NCBI RefSeq assembly: GCF_000021865.1
Contig: NC_014034.1
Coordinates: 1,920,001-1,952,000, forward strand
Direction: 5' to 3'
DNA length: 32,000 nt
Source of the DNA: Rhodobacter capsulatus SB 1003
GTDB taxonomy: Bacteria; Pseudomonadota; Alphaproteobacteria; Rhodobacterales; Rhodobacteraceae
The first letter of the stretch is position 1. Every line of letters begins with the position of its first letter. Position numbers and translations under genes: made by a program. Of this stretch, positions 26,082-32,000 are shown one piece after another. The notes below the pieces were generated by a model. That model was not told the origin of the DNA, made no database searches, and was given only the letters and a program-made list of their open reading frames with translations.

Positions 26082-27361
26082 GCGATCCCATCCTTTCCAA
26101 AGACCGTCCGACCCGCGTCTGGGTGCTGCACCCGGACCTGAAGGCGGTCGATGCCCGGCGCGAACCGGAATTGCGGCTGGCCGAGGCGGTGTCATTGGCG
26201 GCCGCGCTGCCTGATCTGCAGATCATGGGCCACGAGATCGTGCGCCTGCCGAAACCCCATGCCGGGCATCTTTTCGGCACCGGCAAGATGGCCGAATTGA
26301 AGGAACGTCTGCAGGCGGCCGAGGTCGATCTGGTGCTGGTCGACGGCCCGGTGTCGCCGATCCAGCAGCGCAACCTGGAAAAGGAATGGGGCGTCAAGCT
26401 TCTGGACCGGACCGGGTTGATCCTGGAAATCTTCGCCGACCGGGCGCGCACGCGCGAAGGCGTGCTGCAGGTGGAACTGGCGGCGCTGTCCTATCAGCGC
26501 ACCCGGCTCGTTCGGGCCTGGACCCACCTTGAACGGCAGCGCGGCGGCTTCGGCTTTGTCGGCGGTCCGGGCGAGACCCAGATCGAGGCGGACCGGCGCG
26601 CGATCGACGATCAGGTGATCCGGCTGAAACGGCAGCTGGCGAAGGTGGTGAAAACGCGCGAGCTGCACCGCGCGGCCCGGCGCAAGGTGCCCTTTCCCAT
26701 CGTCGCGCTGGTGGGCTATACGAACGCCGGAAAATCCTCGCTTTTCAATCGCATGACCGGGGCAGAGGTGCTGGCGAAAGACATGCTTTTCGCCACGCTC
26801 GACCCGACCATGCGCGGCCTTGTGCTGCCCTCGGGGCGCCGCATCATCCTGTCGGATACCGTGGGCTTCATCTCGGATCTGCCTCATGAGCTGGTGGCGG
26901 CCTTCCGCGCGACGCTGGAAGAGGTGCTGGAAGCCGATCTGATCTTGCATGTGCGCGACATTTCCCACCCCGAGACCGAGGAACAGGCCGAAGATGTCGG
27001 CGAGATCCTCGAATCCCTTGGCGTGGCCGAGGATGTGGCGCTGATCGAGGTCTGGAACAAGATCGATGCCCTGTCCGAAGCGGTGCGGCAAGGCCTGCTG
27101 GCGCAGGACGCGCGGCGCTCGGACGTGCAGGCGGTCTCGGCGCTCTCGGGCGAAGGGATCGGCGCGTTGGTGGCGGCGATCGAGGCGCGTCTGGGCGAGG
27201 CCTGGATCGAGGAAGATCTGGATCTGCCCTTCACCGCGGGCAAGGAACATGCCTGGCTGCATGCCCAGGGCGTGATCCGAACCGAGCTGCAGGGCGAAGA
27301 GGGCTGGCAGCTGCGGCTGCGCTGGACCGAGGCGCAGAAGTCGAAGTTCGCCGCACTTTAG
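26078..27361 (+). CDS. hflX: GTPase HflX (start codon uncertain)
   Basis: [13 protein letters not shown]1 [13 protein letters not shown]3 DTVGF and G4 NKID motifs. The conserved N-terminal core (RVWVLHP...) begins before the first in-frame GTG (26123), and there is no in-frame ATG after hfq. The start is therefore provisionally placed at CTG 26078, which overlaps the hfq stop. Confidence 0.88.
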   Translation: MSDPILSKDRPTRVWVLHPDLKAVDARREPELRLAEAVSLAAALPDLQIMGHEIVRLPKPHAGHLFGTGKMAELKERLQAAEVDLVLVDGPVSPIQQRNLEKEWGVKLLDRTGLILEIFADRARTREGVLQVELAALSYQRTRLVRAWTHLERQRGGFGFVGGPGETQIEADRRAIDDQVIRLKRQLAKVVKTRELHRAARRKVPFPIVALVGYTNAGKSSLFNRMTGAEVLAKDMLFATLDPTMRGLVLPSGRRIILSDTVGFISDLPHELVAAFRATLEEVLEADLILHVRDISHPETEEQAEDVGEILESLGVAEDVALIEVWNKIDALSEAVRQGLLAQDARRSDVQAVSALSGEGIGALVAAIEARLGEAWIEEDLDLPFTAGKEHAWLHAQGVIRTELQGEEGWQLRLRWTEAQKSKFAAL

Positions 27362-27380
27362 CTTTGCTTCGCAAGCCCTT

Positions 27381-27447
27381 GAAAAGGGCGTATTTAAGCC
27401 AAGAAAAAGCTGCGGTTTCTTCTTGGTGCAAATACGCCCTTTCGCGC
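27381..27447. repeat. palindromic intergenic repeat, subtype 1 (copy D), between convergent hflX and the acylase gene
   Basis: The left arm AAAGGGCGTATTTAAGCCAAGAAAAAGC pairs with the right arm GTTTCTTCTTGGTGCAAATACGCCCTTT. There are 13-bp and 7-bp perfect segments separated by a 3-nt bubble. Confidence 0.7.
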
Positions 27448-29919
27448 TTACTCGGAGGCGCCGAGGGGTTCCAGCCGGGTGATGCCCGCGGCGGCCGCGC
27501 GGGCAAGCGCCGGATCGAGCGACATCGGCACATATTCGCCGCGCCGCCACAGATCGGCCAGATCGTCGTAATGGGACGAGAACGGATGCCCCGATTGCCC
27601 GGTGGCGATGATGAAGACCGAGGAATCCGGGTCGGCGAAATCATAGACGCCGCGATAGCCCGCGCCGTGGACATTGGCGAAGGGATCGGGGCCGCTGCCC
27701 GCGGTCAGGCCGCGGTTGAGGGTGAAATCCCCCCCCGAGGTCGATTGCCGGATGTTCATCAGCCAGCCGAGCAGCGGATTGCGCCCCAGAACCGCGTGAT
27801 CGTGCCGGGCCTCGTGCGCGTCGCCCCAGCGCCAGCTTTCGATCTGCGGCCCGTATTTCTCTTTCAGCTCCAGCAGCGCCGCATCGAGCGACACCCGGGC
27901 GATGTCGGTGCAGCTTTCCGAGGGCGCCGATTGCAGCACGTCGCACCAGCGCGCGGCGCCATCGACGTTGCGCAGCACCTTTTCCAGAAAGAGCGGCTCG
28001 ATATGGATGAATTTCGCCGCAAGCTCCGGGCCCAGCTCGTCGCGGATCAGCCGGTCCTGAAATTCCCGCATCCAGGCCGCATAGATCAGCGGCTCGGGCA
28101 GGTGTTCGTTCATGTCGCCATCCCAGGCGGCCAGAAGTTCCAGCGCGCGTTGGCGGAACCGCTCGGGCGTGCCCTCGGGCGCGGGGGTGCCGGTGAACCA
28201 CAGATCGGCGCCCACCAGCGGCAGAAGCCCGCGCGCGGCCGGGGAAACCGTGTCGGTCTGCACCGCGATGAAGCTTTCGCGCGAATGCACTTCGCGCTCG
28301 CCCATCAGCCGGGTCAGGCGCGCGACGCGCTGGCTGTCGCCCCAGTCGTGGCTGACATGCAGCGGAAACGGCCGGTCGATCAGCTTGTTGTTGGTGTTCA
28401 CCACGATCCCGCCCTCGGGGTCGAGCAGGCGCGGATTGCTGTCATAGGGCAGCCGCCCGTGCCAGCGGTTCGCCATGACCCAGCCCGGTTGCGGCATCCG
28501 CCCCTCGGTCGCATTGGCCGGATCGCGCAGCGGCAGTGCGCCGAGCGTCACCAGCCCGACCGAGGTCGCATCGGCCAGCGTCAGATTGAGCGCGGGGGCA
28601 AGGAAGCCTTCGCCCGCCGCCACCGCCTCGGGCACGGTTTTCGATTGCATGATCTTCAGCGCCGCGCTCATCGAGGTGTCGGCGGTCGACAGCGCCGACC
28701 AGCCCAGGCTGATCACATGGCCGGGCGGGGTGATCTTGCCCAGATCGAAGTGATCCGACGGCAGCACCGGGCCGTTTTCGGTCCAGCGCAGGGTGAGGGT
28801 GATCGGCGCGGCATCCTTGACCGTGACGATCACCTTGCGGGTGGTGAACTCGCCCACCCTCGGGGCTGCGGTACGCTCGGGCGTTTTCGGATCAAGTTCC
28901 TCGACGAACAGGTCCTCGTCATCGGCGAAGGCGGCGGTGATGCCCCAGCCAAGCTGGTCGCTGCGCCCGGTCAGGATCGCGGGAATGCCGGGGATGGTGG
29001 CGCCGATCACGCCGCCGGTCGAAAGCTCGAGCCGGGCCAGATACCATTGCGAGGGCGCGGAAAAGGCGGCATGCGGGTCATTGGCCAGAAGCGATCCGCC
29101 CGCGGCCGAGCGCGCGGGGGCGGCGGCAAAGGCATTCGAGGCGGCGCCGAAATCGCGGCTGGCAAAGGGCGAGAGCGGCGCTTCGACATCGGCGGCGGTC
29201 TGCAGCTGCGCGGGGTCAAGCCCCGGGAAAAGCGCGGCATAACGGGGCAGGGCGATGGTGCCGGGGCCGGGAACCGCGGGCATCAGATCCGCCGCCCAGC
29301 CCTGACCCAGCATCGAGAGCTGGGCGCGCAGGACCTCGGTGTCGATCTGGGTGGCGTTCTGCACGGCGAGCAGTTTCAGCAGCGCGATCGAATCTGCCGG
29401 GGTCCAATAGGCGATCTCGGCCTCGAAGAGGAAGAATTCGGGCGCGCCCCGACCCAGCGCGGCGCGGTTCACCTCTTCGATCCAGGCATTCACACCGCGC
29501 GCATAGGCCTCCAGCGCCGAAGTCGTGGCCGGATCCTGCGCCGCGACCGAGGCCTGGGCGGCGCCGTAAAGATCCAGCCGGCGCATCAGCTCGTCGGTCT
29601 TCAGGGTCTTCGCGCCGAAGACCTCGCTCAGCCGGCCCTGCACGGTGCGCCGCGCCAGTGTCATCTGCCACAGCCGGTCCTGCGCATGGGCCAGCCCCAG
29701 CGCGAAATAGACATCGGCATCGGTCTTGCCGAAAATATGCGGCACGTCCTCGGTCGTCCGCACGATCTCGACCGGGGCCGAGAGCCCCTCCATCTGATAG
29801 GTGGCGTCGTAATCGGGCAGCGAGCGGGTGGCGAAATACCAGATCCCGAAGGCCGCAAGGACGGCACAGGCAAGCAAGGTCGAGACGATGCGGACCAACC
29901 AGGTGAACAGGCGATACAT
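27448..29919 (-). CDS. penicillin acylase family (peptidase S45, Ntn-hydrolase) protein, QuiP/PvdQ-like
   Basis: 823 aa with an N-terminal hydrophobic anchor, LGLAHAQDRLWQM, a predicted autoprocessing site and nucleophile at GAA-SNAFA, LLANDPH, and the C-terminal TGQSGHPFSSHYDD. Confidence 0.9.
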   Translation of the reverse strand: MYRLFTWLVRIVSTLLACAVLAAFGIWYFATRSLPDYDATYQMEGLSAPVEIVRTTEDVPHIFGKTDADVYFALGLAHAQDRLWQMTLARRTVQGRLSEVFGAKTLKTDELMRRLDLYGAAQASVAAQDPATTSALEAYARGVNAWIEEVNRAALGRGAPEFFLFEAEIAYWTPADSIALLKLLAVQNATQIDTEVLRAQLSMLGQGWAADLMPAVPGPGTIALPRYAALFPGLDPAQLQTAADVEAPLSPFASRDFGAASNAFAAAPARSAAGGSLLANDPHAAFSAPSQWYLARLELSTGGVIGATIPGIPAILTGRSDQLGWGITAAFADDEDLFVEELDPKTPERTAAPRVGEFTTRKVIVTVKDAAPITLTLRWTENGPVLPSDHFDLGKITPPGHVISLGWSALSTADTSMSAALKIMQSKTVPEAVAAGEGFLAPALNLTLADATSVGLVTLGALPLRDPANATEGRMPQPGWVMANRWHGRLPYDSNPRLLDPEGGIVVNTNNKLIDRPFPLHVSHDWGDSQRVARLTRLMGEREVHSRESFIAVQTDTVSPAARGLLPLVGADLWFTGTPAPEGTPERFRQRALELLAAWDGDMNEHLPEPLIYAAWMREFQDRLIRDELGPELAAKFIHIEPLFLEKVLRNVDGAARWCDVLQSAPSESCTDIARVSLDAALLELKEKYGPQIESWRWGDAHEARHDHAVLGRNPLLGWLMNIRQSTSGGDFTLNRGLTAGSGPDPFANVHGAGYRGVYDFADPDSSVFIIATGQSGHPFSSHYDDLADLWRRGEYVPMSLDPALARAAAAGITRLEPLGASE

Positions 29920-30016
29920 GCGACGGACCTCGGGGCGATTGACGGGGCAGGCGCGGGCGTTACTAAGTCACAGGCAGGCAATGTTCAACGCGCAAACGCG
30001 TGCGGAGGGAGAGGCG

Positions 30017-30889
30017 ATGGCCAAGGTGGCGTTTCTGGGCTTGGGGGTGATGGGCTTTCCGATGGCGGGCCATCTGGCGGCGCGCGGCCATGCGGTGACG
30101 GTGTGGAACCGCACGGCGGCAAAGGCCGAGGCCTGGGTGGGCCAGCACTCCGGGCAGCGCGCGGCGACGGCGGCCGAGGCGGCTTCGGGGGCGGATTTCG
30201 TCCTGGCCTGTGTCGGCAATGACGACGATCTGCGCCAGGTCTGTCTGGGCGCGACGGGGGCTTTCGCCGGGATGGCGCCGGGGGCGATCTTTGTCGATCA
30301 CACCACGGTTTCGGCGCAGGTGACGCGGGAGCTTTCGGCACTGGCGGCCGAGAAGGGGCTGGGTTTCGTCGATGCGCCGGTCTCGGGCGGGCAGGCGGGG
30401 GCGGAGAATGGCGTCCTTTCGGTGATGTGCGGCGGCAGCGCGGCCGATTATGCCGCCGCCGAGCCGGTGATTGCGGCCTATGCGCGGATCTGTCGGCGGC
30501 TGGGCGAAAGCGGCGCGGGGCAGCTGGCGAAGATGTGCAACCAGATCGCGATTGCCGGTCTGGTGCAGGGGCTGGCCGAGTCGCTGCATTTCGCCGAAAA
30601 GGCCGGGCTTGAGGCCGGGGCCCTGGTCGAGGTGATTTCGCAAGGCGCGGCGGGCAGCTGGCAGATGGCGAACCGCGCGCAGACGATGGCGGAAAACCGC
30701 TTCGATTTCGGCTTTGCCGTCGACTGGATGCGCAAGGATCTGGGGATCTGCCTGGCCACCGCGAATGAAACGGGGGCCAGCCTGCCGGTCACCGCGCTGG
30801 TCGATCAGTTCTACAAGGATGTGCAGAAGCTGGGCGGCGGGCGCTGGGACACCTCGAGCCTGATCGCGCGCGTGCGCGCGCTCGGCTGA
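30017..30889 (+). CDS. NAD(P)-dependent oxidoreductase, 3-hydroxyisobutyrate dehydrogenase (HIBADH) family
   Basis: Start at ATG 30017 (MAKVAFLGLGVMGFPMAGHLAARGH...), preceded by GGAGGGAGAGG, giving 290 aa. It has a Rossmann GxGxxG motif. The upstream part of the tracked ORF overlaps the acylase start region. Confidence 0.88.
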   Translation: MAKVAFLGLGVMGFPMAGHLAARGHAVTVWNRTAAKAEAWVGQHSGQRAATAAEAASGADFVLACVGNDDDLRQVCLGATGAFAGMAPGAIFVDHTTVSAQVTRELSALAAEKGLGFVDAPVSGGQAGAENGVLSVMCGGSAADYAAAEPVIAAYARICRRLGESGAGQLAKMCNQIAIAGLVQGLAESLHFAEKAGLEAGALVEVISQGAAGSWQMANRAQTMAENRFDFGFAVDWMRKDLGICLATANETGASLPVTALVDQFYKDVQKLGGGRWDTSSLIARVRALG

Positions 30890-30921
30890 GCGGGAGGGGG
30901 GCGCTGCCCCCCGTTCGCCCC

Positions 30922-31011
30922 CCCGGGATATTTGCCCCAAGGTGAAAGCCGCGACGAGTTTTCCTTCATCTTGCCGCAAATACCTCGGGGGTGCGGGGGC
31001 AGCGCCCCCGC
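30922..31011. repeat. intergenic repeat, subtype 2 (copy B): inverted pair of half-sites plus GC hairpin
   Basis: The half-site CCCGGGATATTTGCCCCAAGGTGAAAG (30922-30948) faces CCTTCATCTTGCCGCAAATACCTCGGGG (30963-30990). These are followed by GCGGGGGC-agc-GCCCCCGC (30993-31011). It is related to 5061-5105. Confidence 0.65.
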
Positions 31012-31035
31012 GCGGTCTGCCGAAGACCGGACCGC

Positions 31036-31061
31036 AAGAAAAGGGGGCCTTGCGGCCCCCT
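31036..31061 (-). terminator. rho-independent terminator of ssb
   Basis: The minus strand reads GGGGGCC-gcaa-GGCCCCC followed by TTTTCTT. It begins 5 nt after the ssb stop. Confidence 0.7.
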
Positions 31062-31065
31062 GGTG

Positions 31066-31593
31066 TCAGAACGGGATGTCGTCGTCGAAATCCGAGCGGC
31101 CACCGCCGCCGCCGCCCGACGAGGGGGCCGAGGAGCCGCCGCCACCGCCGCCATAGCCCGCGCCGTCATCGTAGCCGCCGCCATAGCCGCCGCCCTGCGA
31201 ACCGCGCGCGTAATTGCCACCGCCGCGCGAGCCGCCGCCATCCCGGCCGCCAAGCAGCGTCAGGTTGCCCGTATAGGGGCGCAGCACCACCTCGGTCGTG
31301 TAGCGTTCCTGGCCCTGCTGGTCGGTCCATTTGCGGGTTTCGAGCTGGCCCTCGATATAGACGGTCGAGCCCTTGCGCAGATATTGTTCGGCGATCTTCG
31401 CCAGCGGTTCGTTGAAGATCGCGACGGAATGCCATTCGGTGCGCTCCTTGCGCTCGCCCGATTGCTTGTCGCGCCAGGTCTCCGAGGTGGCGATGCGCAG
31501 GTTGCAGACCTTGCCGCCATTGGCGAACGTGCGCACCTCCGGGTCGCGCCCGAGGTTGCCCACCAGAATGACCTTGTTCACCGATCCTGCCAT
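31066..31593 (-). CDS. ssb: single-stranded DNA-binding protein
   Basis: 175 aa with an OB fold ([14 protein letters not shown]...WHSV), a Gly-rich linker and the acidic tip DFDDDIPF. An RBS (GGAGAG) lies upstream. Confidence 0.96.
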   Translation of the reverse strand: MAGSVNKVILVGNLGRDPEVRTFANGGKVCNLRIATSETWRDKQSGERKERTEWHSVAIFNEPLAKIAEQYLRKGSTVYIEGQLETRKWTDQQGQERYTTEVVLRPYTGNLTLLGGRDGGGSRGGGNYARGSQGGGYGGGYDDGAGYGGGGGGSSAPSSGGGGGGRSDFDDDIPF

Positions 31594-31640
31594 GAAACTC
31601 TCCGTAGTGGCCGGAGCGACCCGGCGATTGTCCGAAATGC

Positions 31641-31678
31641 CCCCGACCGGGGCCGCGGCAAGGCGGCCCCGGTCGGGG
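31641..31678. other. perfect 16-bp GC-rich stem-loop in the divergent region upstream of ssb
   Basis: CCCCGACCGGGGCCGC-ggcaag-GCGGCCCCGGTCGGGG. It lies 48 nt upstream of the ssb ATG. Confidence 0.6.
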
Positions 31679-31784
31679 CGTCGGCAATACTTTGCCCATA
31701 AATCGGGCCGCGGCGCAAGACGCTAGGCAGGCGGACCGATTGCGCCTATAGTTCCGGCCGAAGAGGGCACCTGCAGGGTTGTTT

Positions 31785-32000
31785 ATGCGAAAAATCGTTG
31801 CAGCGGTTGGGCTTGCGATGGCGGTGACGGTCAGCCCGGCTGCCGTCACCAAGGCCGATGCCGAGGGGCTGGTGCTGGGGCGGGCCTCGTCGAAGTCGCA
31901 ATCCACCGTGCGGCGCAACCAGTTTGCGCTGCTGGATGGCCGGCTTTCCGGGCAATATGACAATTCGGTGCGGCTGCGCCCCGATGCGCCGAAGGGCGGG
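31785..32000 (+). CDS. hypothetical exported protein, N-terminal fragment (runs off the window end)
   Basis: ATG at 31785, then 72 sense codons to the window edge. It is absent from the ORF track because no stop is reached. MRKIVAAVGLAMAVTVSPAAVTKADAEG... looks like a signal peptide. Third codon positions are mostly G/C, as in neighbouring genes. Confidence 0.5.
   Translation, partial: MRKIVAAVGLAMAVTVSPAAVTKADAEGLVLGRASSKSQSTVRRNQFALLDGRLSGQYDNSVRLRPDAPKGG

Noticed and set aside
31081-31260. A GCC/GCCGCC-rich quasi-repetitive tract on the + strand.
   Set aside because: It is the reverse complement of the Gly-rich flexible linker of SSB ([10 protein letters not shown]...GGGGGG), so it is coding low complexity and not a non-coding repeat.
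1-32000. A window-wide look for tRNA, rRNA, CRISPR arrays, IS elements, prophage genes or a novel defence-like gene cluster.
   Set aside because: No T-loop or acceptor-like structures occur outside CDSs, and there are no spaced direct-repeat arrays. I found no transposase, integrase or recombinase motifs, and no unassigned ORF longer than about 60 codons in any gap. Every gap is under 250 nt, and every sizeable gene has a confident housekeeping assignment.

Overview
This is a high-GC alphaproteobacterial chromosomal segment. Gene order and protein sizes match what is known for Rhodobacter capsulatus and close relatives: helA-helB-helC-ORF52-helX (= ccmABCDG) and nifR3(dusB)-ntrB-ntrC. That identification rests on recall, not on a search. 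About 31 tightly packed, mostly housekeeping genes fill the window, and every gap is under 250 nt. In order they are: aglA' and aglK (alpha-glucoside use), a non-Pyl MttB-family methyltransferase, dusA, a TauE/SafE permease, mazG(-), an M20 amidohydrolase, then yajC-secD-secF-Mth938 domain gene-ccmA-ccmB-ccmC-ccmD-ccmG in one chain. These are followed by hpt(-), an SRPBCC/RatA-COQ10-like gene, an orphan ammonium transporter(-), pncC-pgpA-ispDF(-) and dusB-ntrB-ntrC-ntrY-ntrX-hfq-hflX. The window ends with a QuiP-like Ntn-hydrolase acylase(-), a HIBADH-type dehydrogenase, ssb(-) and the start of an exported protein. I found no tRNA or rRNA, CRISPR array, transposase, integrase, phage or recognisable defence genes, and no convincing novel multi-gene system. 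The best unexplained signal is a family of palindromic intergenic repeats with a shared core TATTTG-N3/4-CAAG-NN-GAA. There are four clear copies, three between convergent genes and one inside the ccmA-ccmB junction. Other leads are a sigma-54-like -24/-12 motif upstream of the orphan amt gene, although both neighbouring NtrC/NtrX-type regulators lack the GAFTGA sigma-54 contact motif. There is also an A-rich hfq leader, an hflX with no canonical start codon, and a perfect 16-bp hairpin upstream of ssb. Long antisense ORFs in the supplied track are high-GC artefacts.
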